Shown here piece after piece: positions 21,034-31,839 of a stretch of 64,000 nt of DNA. Source of the stretch: Candidatus Levyibacteriota bacterium (GTDB taxonomy: Bacteria; Patescibacteriota; Microgenomatia; Levybacterales; UBA12049). A model generated the notes under the pieces. That model saw only the letters and a program-made list of their open reading frames with translations. It did not search any database and was not told the DNA's origin. Each line of letters opens with the position of its first letter. Position 1 is the first letter of the stretch. The DNA lies in assembly GCA_003173895.1 (NCBI GenBank), contig PJMG01000022.1:67454-131453 (forward strand). Reading direction: 5' to 3'. The position numbers were made by a program, and so were the translations under genes.

Positions 21034-22283
21034 AAATAGGAATAATTGGTGCGGGTTTTACAGGGCTTTCTGCAGGCTATGAACTATTAAAGAAAGGTCA
21101 TGAAGTTTCGATTTTTGAAAGAGATTCTCATCCTGGAGGATTAGCTATTGGATATAAAGAAAACGGCTGGGATTGGACACTTGAGTCTTTTTATCACCAT
21201 TGGTTTACCAATGATTATGCAATATTAAATTTAGCAAAAGAGTTAAATTATAATGTGATTACTACCAGACCTAAAACCTCATCTTTAATTAAAAATAAAA
21301 TCTATCAACTAGACTCTCCTATTACACTTTTAAAATTTTCTAAATTATCTTTAGCTGAAAGGATCAGGATGGGAAGTGTTTTGGCATTTCTTCGATATAA
21401 TCCTTTCTGGAAACCTCTAGAGAGTAGAACGACGATGCAATTTTTATCTCATACTATTGGAAAAAGAGCATATAAAATACTTTGGGAACCATTATTAAAG
21501 GGTAAATTTGGTAATTATGCTGATGAAATATCTCTTGCTTGGTTTTGGGCACGAATAAGAAAACGAACCACACAACTTTCTTATCCAGAAGGTGGATTTT
21601 TAAAATTTGCAGAAACATTAACGAATAAAATAAAAACTATGAAAGGAAAAGTTTTCTTTAATGTTTCTATTGAAAGAGTAATGGAAGAAAATAATAAAGT
21701 GAATTTAGGTAAATTTGGTTTGTTTGATAAAGTTATTGTAACACTCCCTGGATTTATTTTTAGTAAAATTGCTCCACAACTTCCTGAAAATTATAAAGTA
21801 AAGCTCACAAATCTTAAAGGACTTGGCGCGTGTGTTTTAATTTTAAGATTAAAAAAACAATTTTTTTCAGATAATACCTATTGGCTTAATATTTGTAATT
21901 CAAATTCTCCTCTTCTAGCCATTGTTGAACATACAAATATGATAAGTAGTAAATACTATAATAATGAACATATTGTTTATTTAGGAAATTATTTACCACC
22001 AACTCATCCATATTTTTACATGCCGGAAAAGGAACTTTTAAAAACATTCGATCCCCTTTTAATAGAATTAAATTCAAATTATAAAAATAATATTATCGGT
22101 ATGAGAAAATTTACTACTCCTTTTGCTCAGCCTATTATTCCAGTCAATTATTCCAAAATGATTCCTCCTTTTGAGACACCATTGAAAAATGTTTATTTAG
22201 CAAACATGCAGCAAGTTTATCCTTGGGATAGAGGCACTAATTATGCTGTGGAATTGGGAGAAAAAGTAGCTAAACTAATTTAA
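21030..22283 (+). CDS. FAD-dependent oxidoreductase (amine-oxidase/phytoene-desaturase fold)
   Basis: N-terminal Rossmann MKIGIIGAGFTGLSAGYEL...FERDSHPGG dinucleotide-binding motif. Confidence 0.65.
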   Translation: MKIGIIGAGFTGLSAGYELLKKGHEVSIFERDSHPGGLAIGYKENGWDWTLESFYHHWFTNDYAILNLAKELNYNVITTRPKTSSLIKNKIYQLDSPITLLKFSKLSLAERIRMGSVLAFLRYNPFWKPLESRTTMQFLSHTIGKRAYKILWEPLLKGKFGNYADEISLAWFWARIRKRTTQLSYPEGGFLKFAETLTNKIKTMKGKVFFNVSIERVMEENNKVNLGKFGLFDKVIVTLPGFIFSKIAPQLPENYKVKLTNLKGLGACVLILRLKKQFFSDNTYWLNICNSNSPLLAIVEHTNMISSKYYNNEHIVYLGNYLPPTHPYFYMPEKELLKTFDPLLIELNSNYKNNIIGMRKFTTPFAQPIIPVNYSKMIPPFETPLKNVYLANMQQVYPWDRGTNYAVELGEKVAKLI

Positions 22284-22289
22284 TAAAAT

Positions 22290-23927
22290 ATGAAAATAAT
22301 AAAAAATATTTTTTTTATTTTACTTATTTCAATAGGTATATTTTTTAGATTTTATAATTTAAATTGGGGCTCTCCTTTTTATTTTCATCCTGATGAGAGA
22401 AATATAATTTATTCAGTATTACAATTATCATTTTCAAATTTTAACCCTAATTTTTTTGCTTATGGTAGTTTACCCATTTATAACATTTTCTTTTTAGATT
22501 CTTTATTGAATATTTTCAATCATTCTCCCATAAGTTTTAATCAAGCAATCTTAACTGGTAGATTTTTCAGTTTTTTATTATCTTGTTTTTCTTTATATTT
22601 AATTTATCAAATCACATTAAAAATAAAAAATAAAAATGCTGCTTTAATTGCTTTAATTTTATCTACATTTAGTGTAGGCTTTATTCAATTTTCACATTTT
22701 TTAACTTTCGAAACTTGGCTTATATTTTTAAACTTATTGTTTTTATTTTTATGTTTAAAACAATATCAAAAATCCGATTTAAAAAATTTTATTTTGGCAT
22801 CAGTTGTTTTTGGATTATTTATTTCTATAAAAATAATTGCTACTCCTTATTTATTAATTTATTTAATAATTCTTTTTGAAACAAATAGAAAAAATTTAAA
22901 GAAATTTTTTTCTTATTCTTTAAGTTTTATAACTATTTCAATTTTAATATTTATAGTTACAAACCCTTTTACTTTTTTAGACAGAGTAGATTTCTTAAAT
23001 AGTATAAATTACGAATCATCAGTAGCATTAGGTAATATAAATGTCTTTTACACCCAAGAATTTATAAATACTAAGCCTTTTATTTTTCAATTTCTACATA
23101 CTTTACCATTTTTACTTAATCCTATTGTAGAAATAATATTTATTATTTCTTTTTTGTACTTAATCTATTTAGTATTTATAAAAAGAGATTTTAAATATTT
23201 TATTATTTTACTTTTTATATTTTTAACAATTTTCCCCTCATTTATCTTTTTTGTTAAATGGACTAGATATACATTTTTAGTTTTACCTTTTGTGTATATT
23301 TGCATTGGAATATTTTTAGATGATTTAAGAAATTTATTTAGAAAGACTAATTTTGCTATAAAATATAGCTATGTAAGCTTCATATTAATTATATTTTTAT
23401 TTTCATTTATTTTTTCTTTTTCCTATTTTAAAACTGTTTATTTAACTACAGACTCTAGAATCCAAGCATTTAATTTTTTAGTCAAAAATACCAGTTCAAA
23501 TACTCATATTCTTTCAGAAAGTTATGATTTGGGAATCATTCCATTTAACAGCTATTTTAAAAACATTACGCTTTTTGATTTCTATGATTTGGAGAATAAT
23601 TCAGGATTAAAAACTAATCTACCTCAATTATTAGAATCTAACGATTTTATTATCTTACCAAGTCAAAGAATTATGAAAACTAGATTTTTAAATGCAAAAT
23701 ATTTTCCACTTGGAAATAAATTCTATGTAAATTTGTTTAATAACAAATTAGGTTATGTTCTAATATACCAAACTAATTGTGATAATTTTTGTAGAATTAT
23801 TTATATTAATAATCCAGTTTTTGCTTATGAAGAAACTGTTAATGTATTTGATCGGCCCCAAGTTTTTGTATTTAAAAAATATAAACAATTATCTTTAGAC
23901 CAATATAAAAATATTTTAAATCTATGA
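22290..23927 (+). CDS. large polytopic membrane protein, putative GT-C glycosyltransferase (paralog 1)
   Basis: More than 12 TM helices. N-terminal LNWGSPFYFHPDER motif, shared with the next gene. Confidence 0.45.
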   Translation: MKIIKNIFFILLISIGIFFRFYNLNWGSPFYFHPDERNIIYSVLQLSFSNFNPNFFAYGSLPIYNIFFLDSLLNIFNHSPISFNQAILTGRFFSFLLSCFSLYLIYQITLKIKNKNAALIALILSTFSVGFIQFSHFLTFETWLIFLNLLFLFLCLKQYQKSDLKNFILASVVFGLFISIKIIATPYLLIYLIILFETNRKNLKKFFSYSLSFITISILIFIVTNPFTFLDRVDFLNSINYESSVALGNINVFYTQEFINTKPFIFQFLHTLPFLLNPIVEIIFIISFLYLIYLVFIKRDFKYFIILLFIFLTIFPSFIFFVKWTRYTFLVLPFVYICIGIFLDDLRNLFRKTNFAIKYSYVSFILIIFLFSFIFSFSYFKTVYLTTDSRIQAFNFLVKNTSSNTHILSESYDLGIIPFNSYFKNITLFDFYDLENNSGLKTNLPQLLESNDFIILPSQRIMKTRFLNAKYFPLGNKFYVNLFNNKLGYVLIYQTNCDNFCRIIYINNPVFAYEETVNVFDRPQVFVFKKYKQLSLDQYKNILNL

Positions 23928-25669
23928 AATCCAAATTAATAAAATTATTTTTAATACTTTGTCTAATTTTAGGATTTTTTCTAAGAACTTATGATTTAAA
24001 TTGGGATCAGGGTTTTCATTTGCATCCTGATGAAAGAGCTATAGTACTTTATGCTTTACCACTTAAAGTGGTATCAAATTTTAAAGAATTTTTTTCTATA
24101 AATAGTAGTTTAAATCCTCATTTTTTTGCTTACGGCAGTTTTCCCATTTATTTATTAAAATTTGTTGCTCAAGCTTTATCTATTTTTAACTCTAATATCA
24201 CTCAATATGGAAATATTAATTTATTGGGAAGATTTATTTCTGCTCTGTTTGATAGTACAACTATCTTTATAATTTATTTAATTACTAAAAAAATTAGCTC
24301 TCGTAAAACAGCATTAATTGCTAGTTTTATCTATTCCATTAGTGTTTTACCAATACAACTTTCCCATTTTTATGCAGTAGACACATTACTTACTTTTTTT
24401 ATTACTTTAACTATTTACCAGCTTATACTTTTTTATGAAAATCCAAATGTTTATAATGCGCTTGTTACAGGAATTATTATTGGATTTTCTTTGGCAACCA
24501 AAACTAGTGCTATAGCTTTAGTTTCAGCAGTTGGGGCAACTAGTATAATAGATTTTATTTTACTTTTTTTTAAAAATCCTCATAAATTTCACATTTGGTT
24601 TCCACATGTATCTAAATATCTAAAAAAATTAATAATAGAATTATTTATCATTCTGTCTACTAGTTTTATAACTTTTATACTAATAGAACCTTACGCGTTA
24701 ATCGATTTTAATGAATTTTGGACACAGAATTTACAACAATCTCAGATGACTCATAATGCCTTTATTTTCCCCTATACACTTCAATATGTTGGAATTGTTC
24801 CTTATTTTTATGAAATTAAAAATATATTTCTTTGGGGAGAAGGATCAGTAATATCAATCTTATCTTTTATAGGAATTTTCTTTATAGTTAAGCACCTGTT
24901 AAAGGAGGATTATCAAAGGAAATCTCAAAAAATATTAATAATGTTAATTTTTGCTATTTCTTATTTTGCTGTAGTAGGTAAATTTGCAGTTGGATTTATG
25001 AGATATATGCTACCACTTTATCCAATTTTATCTATTTTAGCGAGTTTTACAATTTCATTTTTTGAGGAAAAGATAACTAGTAAAAAATTAAAGATCATTT
25101 TAAGTCTAATTTTAGCTACACTTATAGTTTCGTGGACTTTTACTTTTATGAAAATTTATACTCAACCTAATACTCGAGTATCTGCTACTAACTGGATTAA
25201 TAAAAATATACCTGTAGGATCTACCATAACTATCGAACATTGGGATGACAGTTTACCTTTAATTGGACAGGAAAATTATAATATGATTACTTTACCTCTT
25301 TATGACCCTGACACATTAGAGAAATGGGTTGCAATTAATCAAAATTTAAAAAAAACAGACTATATAATTTTAGCGTCTAACAGGCTTTATGTACCGTTAC
25401 AAAAATTAACTAATTGTAAAAATCTTCCAGAATTCAAGTGCTACCCCATAACTGCCAATTATTATAAAAATTTATTTGTGGGTAAAAATGTTTTACAACT
25501 GCTTAATCAAATTCATGTGACTAATGCAATTGCAAAATTTAAGTTAGTCGCCGTTTTTCAAAATAATCCTACTATCCCTCTTTTAAATTTTAAAATTAAT
25601 GATCAAGTAGCAGATGAATCCTTTACAGTTTATGATCATCCAACAGTTATGATATTTAAAAAAGAGTAA
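23924..25669 (+). CDS. large polytopic membrane protein, putative GT-C glycosyltransferase (paralog 2)
   Basis: LNWDQGFHLHPDER motif, same architecture as 22290..23927, with a 4-nt overlap. Confidence 0.45.
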   Translation: MKSKLIKLFLILCLILGFFLRTYDLNWDQGFHLHPDERAIVLYALPLKVVSNFKEFFSINSSLNPHFFAYGSFPIYLLKFVAQALSIFNSNITQYGNINLLGRFISALFDSTTIFIIYLITKKISSRKTALIASFIYSISVLPIQLSHFYAVDTLLTFFITLTIYQLILFYENPNVYNALVTGIIIGFSLATKTSAIALVSAVGATSIIDFILLFFKNPHKFHIWFPHVSKYLKKLIIELFIILSTSFITFILIEPYALIDFNEFWTQNLQQSQMTHNAFIFPYTLQYVGIVPYFYEIKNIFLWGEGSVISILSFIGIFFIVKHLLKEDYQRKSQKILIMLIFAISYFAVVGKFAVGFMRYMLPLYPILSILASFTISFFEEKITSKKLKIILSLILATLIVSWTFTFMKIYTQPNTRVSATNWINKNIPVGSTITIEHWDDSLPLIGQENYNMITLPLYDPDTLEKWVAINQNLKKTDYIILASNRLYVPLQKLTNCKNLPEFKCYPITANYYKNLFVGKNVLQLLNQIHVTNAIAKFKLVAVFQNNPTIPLLNFKINDQVADESFTVYDHPTVMIFKKE

Positions 25670-25702
25670 ACATAATATTTTAAATCTGTTAAAATTTATT
25701 CT

Positions 25703-26746
25703 ATGAAAAAGAAAAAAGTGTTAATTACTGGAGGAACTGGTTTTCTAGGTTGTCATTTAGCTCGGCAACTTTTGAAAGATAAATTTGAAGTTTATTTATA
25801 CGATCTATCTAACTTAGATGCTAAAGATTTAATTGGAAAAGTAAAATTTATTAAAGGTGATATTAGAAATTCTAAATTAATTGAAGATTCGTTAAAAACT
25901 GTTGATTTTGTAGTTCATGCCGCCGCTGCACTTCCCATTCAAAGAGATAAAAAAACTATTTATAGCGTAAATATAAGTGGTACAGAGACTATAATTAAAG
26001 CAGCTATTAAAAATAAAATTAAAAAACTTATTTTTATTTCTTCCACTGCTGTTTATGGTGTACCCAAAATTTTACCAGAGACAGAAGATGCTCCAATTCA
26101 TCCCATTGGTTATTACGGAGAATCAAAAGTAGCAGGAGAAAAATTATGTAAACAATATTCTAATGAGGGTTTAAATTATATAATTATTCGTCCTAAAACT
26201 TTTCTAGGAACGGAAAGGTTAGGAGTATTTCAAATTTGGTTTGAAGCAATTTATCAGAAAAAACCAATTTTCATACTAGGTAATGGAAGTAATAAATATC
26301 AACTTTTAGCAGTTACTGATTTAACCAATCTTATATCAAAATGCTTACTTAGTAATGAAACTAATATAATTATAAATGCTGGAGCTGAAGAATTTTTGAC
26401 TTGGAGAAAAGATTTAGGTAGTGTTATAAAATTTGCAAAATCAAACACTAAAATAATTTCTCTTCCAAATATTCCTTCTCAGGTTATACTTTGGATTTTA
26501 GATAAATTAAATCTTTCACCTATTAGCGCATGGCATTATAAAACATTACCAGTTAATTCCTATGTTTCTATAGATAAAGCTAAAAAAATATTAAATTGGA
26601 AACCTAAAAAATCAAATCAAAAATTGCTAGTAGAAACATATGACTGGTATCAAAAAAATAGAAATCAATTTATATATAAACAAGGTAAAACTCATAGAGT
26701 AGGCTGGAATTTTGGAGTGTTAAATATTTTTGAAAAATTCTTTTAA
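25703..26746 (+). CDS. NAD-dependent nucleotide-sugar epimerase/dehydratase (extended SDR)
   Basis: VLITGGTGFLG Rossmann motif and a YxxxK catalytic dyad (YGESK). Confidence 0.85.
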   Translation: MKKKKVLITGGTGFLGCHLARQLLKDKFEVYLYDLSNLDAKDLIGKVKFIKGDIRNSKLIEDSLKTVDFVVHAAAALPIQRDKKTIYSVNISGTETIIKAAIKNKIKKLIFISSTAVYGVPKILPETEDAPIHPIGYYGESKVAGEKLCKQYSNEGLNYIIIRPKTFLGTERLGVFQIWFEAIYQKKPIFILGNGSNKYQLLAVTDLTNLISKCLLSNETNIIINAGAEEFLTWRKDLGSVIKFAKSNTKIISLPNIPSQVILWILDKLNLSPISAWHYKTLPVNSYVSIDKAKKILNWKPKKSNQKLLVETYDWYQKNRNQFIYKQGKTHRVGWNFGVLNIFEKFF

Positions 26747-26749
26747 ATT

Positions 26750-27295
26750 ATGAGAATTGGTTTTGATTTAGATAAAGTTTTTATCAATTATCCACCATTT
26801 ATTCCAGCTTTTATTTTTGATAAATTTTATAAAGAAAAAGACAATGGAGAATTAAAATATAGAATTCCAGGGAAAATTGACCAACAGATCAGAAAATTAA
26901 TCCATTTCCCATTTCTTAGACCACCAATTAAAGAAAATATTAATTTCCTTAAAGAATTAAGTAAGAATTCAGACTATGAACTATATTTAATTACCAGTAG
27001 ATATAATTTTTTAGAAAAAAGGACTCTTCAACTTTTGAAAAAATATAAATTTGATAAATTATTTAAAAAAATATTTATCAATATTAAAAATGAACAACCA
27101 CATTTTTTTAAAGATAGAATTATAAAAGAAGAAAATATAGAAGTTTATTTCGATGATGACTTATCTCTTTTAAAACATTTGCATAAAGAAAATCCAAATT
27201 TAATATTATTCTGGCTTTCTCATAATAAAAATATAAAAGCTCAATCACCTATAAAAACAATTGGGAAATTAAGTGATTCACTTAATTATAGATGA
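26750..27295 (+). CDS. HAD-superfamily hydrolase-like protein
   Basis: Motif I FDLDKV, motif II LITSR and motif IV YFDDD. Confidence 0.45.
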   Translation: MRIGFDLDKVFINYPPFIPAFIFDKFYKEKDNGELKYRIPGKIDQQIRKLIHFPFLRPPIKENINFLKELSKNSDYELYLITSRYNFLEKRTLQLLKKYKFDKLFKKIFINIKNEQPHFFKDRIIKEENIEVYFDDDLSLLKHLHKENPNLILFWLSHNKNIKAQSPIKTIGKLSDSLNYR

Positions 27296-27345
27296 ATTCC
27301 AAAGTTGGAATCTTAAATAATCTGAGTATATAAAATTTATTTTAT

Positions 27346-29517
27346 ATGTATTTAATTGATTTATCATATATTTTGAGATGGTGGTTTATTTATTTAGTAA
27401 TAGGTGTTATTTTTTTACCTTTTACTATTTTTATTTTTAAGAACTTTTTTGATCGAGGATATATTTTCTCTAAAATATTAGGAAGTGCTGTTATAACTTA
27501 CTTAATTTTTATTACTTCAGAACTACATCTATTTACTTTTGAAAGTCAAAACATTTATTTTATTTCAATAATATTGATATTTATTTCTGTAGTTTTTGCC
27601 AAGAAAACTAATTTTAATATTCGAGACTTACCAATTAGATTTTTAATCTTTGAAGAATTTTTATTTCTAATAACACTTTTTTTCTGGTCTTCTATAAGAA
27701 ATTTTCAACCAGACATTCATGGACTAGAAAAATTTATGGATTTTGGCTTTATAAATTCTATTCTAAGAACTAAATATTTACCTCCAATCGATATTTGGTA
27801 TCCACCTTTTTCAATCAATTATTATTATTTTGGTCATTTAACTACAGCTGTTTTAACTAAAATGGTAAGTATAGATTCCAAAATTACTTTTAATTTAATG
27901 GTAGCGACAATTTTTGCTTTTTGCTTTACAGCTATTTTTTCTATTTCTGCAAATTTAATTTATTTATTTAATTTTTTACAAGAAAAAAAGTTATTACTAA
28001 GTCGAAAATTAAAATTTATTATGCTTTTTACAGGAATATTATCTGCACTTCTAATTTCTTTTGGTGGTAATCTTCATACAATTTATGCATTCTTTAAAGC
28101 ATACGATGTGAATAATCCTATACCATTTTGGCAGTTAAAATTTTTACCACTAACTTTTCCTAATCAATATTGGTACCCAAATGCTACTCGCTTTATTTAT
28201 CATACAATTCATGAATTTCCCATTTATTCCTTTGTAGTTTCAGATTTACATGGACACGTTTTAGATATACCAAATGTATTATTAGCAATTGCTATCTTAC
28301 TAGCAATTTTTATTAGATTTAAAAATTATGATAATAACAAAATAAAAATCGCTTCTAAAAGTTGGCGAATGGATACTGGAATTTTACTATTAGTAGGATT
28401 TTTATTAGCAATACTTTATATGACTAATGCCTGGGATAGTTTAATTTATTTATCTGTTTTTGCACTTTTTATATTTTGTTTTTCTAAAGAAATTTTGATA
28501 AAAAAAATAATTTTAATTTTACTTACATTTCTATCTTTTCTATTATTTTCTCTCCCTTTTTCCATATTTTTTCAACCTTTAGCTATAGCTAATCAAGTGG
28601 GTTTGGTTTGTAGCCCTAATTTTTTAATACATATCGGTCATATTGGCCCATTAGTTTTTGAGCCAAATCAGTGTGATCATTCTTATTGGTGGGAACTACT
28701 CATTCTTTATGGATTCTTTATTTTTAATTTTTTAAGCTTTATATTTTTTATTACTAAGAAAAAACAAAATCCTATCGATGAATTTATTGTTTTTTTATCA
28801 ATGATGGGGTTTTTATTAATTATTATCCCTGAATTTTTTTATTTAAAAGATATTTATACCACTTATTACCGAGCTAATACCATGTTTAAATTAGTCTATC
28901 AAGCATTTATAATCCTTTCTTTATCCTCTGGTTATATGATCATTAGAATTATTACTAGTTTTAAAGACTATTCTAATATTAAAAAAATCTTCTCTTTAAT
29001 TTTTATTTTATTCGAAATAGCATTATTAACTCTGGTTTTTTTATATTCTTTTTTTGCAATTAATGGATACTACGGTAATTTAGAAACTCCTAAAGGATTA
29101 AATGGACAAAAATATTTAGATATACTTTATCCTGATGACTATAAAGCAATCAATTGGATAAATCAAAATATTAAAGGGCAACCCATTATGTTAGAAGCCC
29201 AAGGAGACTCATATACTGATTATGAAAGAATCTCTACTAATACTGGCTTACCTACCATTCTCGGCTGGACAGTTCATGAGTGGTTATGGCGAGGAAGTTA
29301 CGATATATTAGTTCCTAGAATTAATGATATTAAAACTATCTATGAAACATCCAATATCAACTTAACTAAAGAACTGCTTCAGCAGTATAACGTCAAATAT
29401 GTTTATATAGGAAATTTAGAAAAACAAAAATATCCAAATTTAAATGAAGAAAAATTTAATGAAATTGGAACCTTAATTTATCAAAGCTCTACTGTGAAAA
29501 TATTTGAATTAAATTAA
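27346..29517 (+). CDS. large (723 aa) polytopic membrane protein with a C-terminal extracytoplasmic domain, putative GT-C-like transferase
   Basis: About 13 TM helices, then a roughly 170-aa soluble C-terminal domain. No catalytic motif identified with confidence. Confidence 0.45.
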   Translation: MYLIDLSYILRWWFIYLVIGVIFLPFTIFIFKNFFDRGYIFSKILGSAVITYLIFITSELHLFTFESQNIYFISIILIFISVVFAKKTNFNIRDLPIRFLIFEEFLFLITLFFWSSIRNFQPDIHGLEKFMDFGFINSILRTKYLPPIDIWYPPFSINYYYFGHLTTAVLTKMVSIDSKITFNLMVATIFAFCFTAIFSISANLIYLFNFLQEKKLLLSRKLKFIMLFTGILSALLISFGGNLHTIYAFFKAYDVNNPIPFWQLKFLPLTFPNQYWYPNATRFIYHTIHEFPIYSFVVSDLHGHVLDIPNVLLAIAILLAIFIRFKNYDNNKIKIASKSWRMDTGILLLVGFLLAILYMTNAWDSLIYLSVFALFIFCFSKEILIKKIILILLTFLSFLLFSLPFSIFFQPLAIANQVGLVCSPNFLIHIGHIGPLVFEPNQCDHSYWWELLILYGFFIFNFLSFIFFITKKKQNPIDEFIVFLSMMGFLLIIIPEFFYLKDIYTTYYRANTMFKLVYQAFIILSLSSGYMIIRIITSFKDYSNIKKIFSLIFILFEIALLTLVFLYSFFAINGYYGNLETPKGLNGQKYLDILYPDDYKAINWINQNIKGQPIMLEAQGDSYTDYERISTNTGLPTILGWTVHEWLWRGSYDILVPRINDIKTIYETSNINLTKELLQQYNVKYVYIGNLEKQKYPNLNEEKFNEIGTLIYQSSTVKIFELN

Positions 29518-30056
29518 ATATAAAATCTATAATGAATTATATCTAATTTTCTTCCATCAGAAGTTGTAACTTTTTCTACTTCATTTGAAATCTCTCCACC
29601 TAATTTTTCAATCAAATTTATACTTGCTGAATTATTTCCATCAACTGGATAATCTAAATAATCAAAATCTAAATTCTCAGTTGCCCATTTAATTAAACCT
29701 TTTACAGCTTCTCTCCCAAAACCATGACCACTAGCAGATGATTTAATCCACAAACCTATTTCAGGTTTTCTGCTATTGGTATTATGTAATGCACAAATCC
29801 CTAAAAATTCATTAGTATTTTTGTGTATTACTATCATTACCAAACCTTCTTTTGAAGTAAGTCGTCTAACTCTTTCATTAATATAATTTTCAACAGATTC
29901 TAAATTTGGATGAACCTCAAGGGTCATATATTTTACAACCTTTGGCGTCAATTGAGTAAAAATATCTTGTGTGTAGTTTAAAGAAATAGGAAATAATTTT
30001 AATCTATCTGTTTCTATTTGTACATTTAAAAAATTTGTGAGTTTGCTATTGTCCAT
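29514..30056 (-). CDS. GNAT-family N-acetyltransferase (RimJ/RimL-like)
   Basis: Acetyl-CoA binding block GLWIKSSASGHGFGREAVKGLIKWA. Confidence 0.7.
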   Translation of the reverse strand: MDNSKLTNFLNVQIETDRLKLFPISLNYTQDIFTQLTPKVVKYMTLEVHPNLESVENYINERVRRLTSKEGLVMIVIHKNTNEFLGICALHNTNSRKPEIGLWIKSSASGHGFGREAVKGLIKWATENLDFDYLDYPVDGNNSASINLIEKLGGEISNEVEKVTTSDGRKLDIIHYRFYI

Positions 30057-31164
30057 TTGTATTTATTTCTGGTGTAGGAGTAGTTAGTGGTTTAACTGTA
30101 CAATTTCCAATAGTTATTTCACATATTACATATTTATTAATTTCACTAAAATTTCCATTTCCTACCCTAGGAATTAAGATATAAGCATACCCAAAATCTG
30201 CAGAGATTGGCCCATTTTCTAATAAACCTACTCTTCCTGTAGATAAATCGCCATAATCTATAACTGCATTTCTTATTTTTGCATCTTTCATTTTACTAAA
30301 AGTAGAAACAAAGGTAGGAATATCCGATTCTTTAATATTCGTATCAATACTGTCTTTAAAAACATTAAAAAGTTGAACCATTTTAACAGGATTTAGTAGA
30401 GTACCTGCTGAAAAAACTTTAGATTTTATAGCAGAAATAACTATTTGTTGACGGCGAGAACGTGCAAAATCAGTTCCTTCCACACCATCAGCGTGGCGTG
30501 AACGCACATATTCTAAAGCTTCCTGACCGTCCATATGTTGCTCTCCCTTTGCTACGTGTAAATGTTTATAACGACAATTAAAAAATTCCCAATTATCTAA
30601 TTCTGCTGAATCTGTAGATGTAAATTGTTTAATTTCTTGGGTAGAATGCCCACAATTAGCATCTTCCATTCCCTCAATTGGATAGAAATAATCATCTAAA
30701 GTATTAGGAGCATTTACATCAATTCCACCTAGTAAATCTACAGCTTTTTCAAATCCTTGAAAATCAATTCTAAAAGCATATTGAATCGGTTGTCCTGTAA
30801 CTTTACTTATTACCTTAGTTGGTTCTTCTAAATCATTAGAAGGATTATTATCTATACCTATTTGGTATGCTGTATTAACTTTACCTTGAAGTTCTGGAAT
30901 CCATAAATCACGAGGAATAGAAACCAAAGTTACTGTATCTTTTTTAGGATTAAGACTGGCTAAGATTATAGTATCTGTAAGGTTAGGCCCATCATGTGTA
31001 CCTCCTCCAATACCTAAAAGTAAAATATTGGTTACTCCATTTACATTTTTCAGCACAGGTAAAGGCTGAGGAATAATAGCCAGAGGTGATTTATGTGTAA
31101 ATCGACTCCATATAAAAACAATAATAACAAACACAACTAGCCAAAAAATTATTTTTCTAAGCAT
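30046..31164 (-). CDS. LytR-CpsA-Psr (LCP) family cell-envelope phosphotransferase
   Basis: N-terminal TM, then NILLLGIGGGTHDGPNLTDTIILASLNP...LVSIPRD, which is the LCP signature. Confidence 0.85.
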   Translation of the reverse strand: MLRKIIFWLVVFVIIVFIWSRFTHKSPLAIIPQPLPVLKNVNGVTNILLLGIGGGTHDGPNLTDTIILASLNPKKDTVTLVSIPRDLWIPELQGKVNTAYQIGIDNNPSNDLEEPTKVISKVTGQPIQYAFRIDFQGFEKAVDLLGGIDVNAPNTLDDYFYPIEGMEDANCGHSTQEIKQFTSTDSAELDNWEFFNCRYKHLHVAKGEQHMDGQEALEYVRSRHADGVEGTDFARSRRQQIVISAIKSKVFSAGTLLNPVKMVQLFNVFKDSIDTNIKESDIPTFVSTFSKMKDAKIRNAVIDYGDLSTGRVGLLENGPISADFGYAYILIPRVGNGNFSEINKYVICEITIGNCTVKPLTTPTPEINTNGQ

Positions 31165-31819
31165 TTTTAATTATTTGATAAAAAAGTTGGGGATCTAAAC
31201 TAGCTCCACCTACTAAAACTCCATCTATGTTATTTTTTGAGGTAAAACCATTAACATTATCAGGAGTTACACTTCCCCCGTATAATGTATATTTTACATG
31301 TATATTTTTATTTTTCAATTCTTGACAAATTCTGTTTGCATCCTCAGGAGTATCAGGCTTTCCTGTTCCAATAGCAAAAAGAGGTTCGTAAGCTACTATA
31401 TGAATATTTTCCGGAATTTCCTGATCTACTGATGAAACACAGTAAATGATTTCTAAATTGGAGGCAATAGCTTGTTTTACTTTTTGATCTAAACTGACTT
31501 GATCTTCTTTTAAATATTCTCTAGCTTCGCTATGCCCAATTAAAACCATACTACAAAACTCTTTTATTTGTTTACCATTAATCATACTTGTATATGCACC
31601 TTCTCCAAAGGAGGAAATATCTTGAGCGCCAATTTCAATAATCGATTTAAGAGTTAAAAGATAAAACTGAACTGAAAAAAACAAGGTAAAAGAGGGGAAA
31701 ATAATAATCTTTTTATTAATAAAATTAAAATCAAAACTGGTAAATTTGTCTAACCATTCTTTAGTCTCAGAAGTAGTTTTATTTGACTTCCAATTTCCAG
31801 CAATTATTAAATCTTTCAT
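31157..31819 (-). CDS. tpiA: triosephosphate isomerase
   Basis: IAGNWKSNKT, IGAQD, AYEPLFAIGTGK, GGSV. Confidence 0.85.
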   Translation of the reverse strand: MKDLIIAGNWKSNKTTSETKEWLDKFTSFDFNFINKKIIIFPSFTLFFSVQFYLLTLKSIIEIGAQDISSFGEGAYTSMINGKQIKEFCSMVLIGHSEAREYLKEDQVSLDQKVKQAIASNLEIIYCVSSVDQEIPENIHIVAYEPLFAIGTGKPDTPEDANRICQELKNKNIHVKYTLYGGSVTPDNVNGFTSKNNIDGVLVGGASLDPQLFYQIIKNA

Positions 31820-31839
31820 GTGATAAAATCATTATACCT

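Noticed and set aside
21886-22077. 63-aa minus-strand ORF inside the FAD-oxidoreductase gene
   Set aside because: Antisense shadow ORF.
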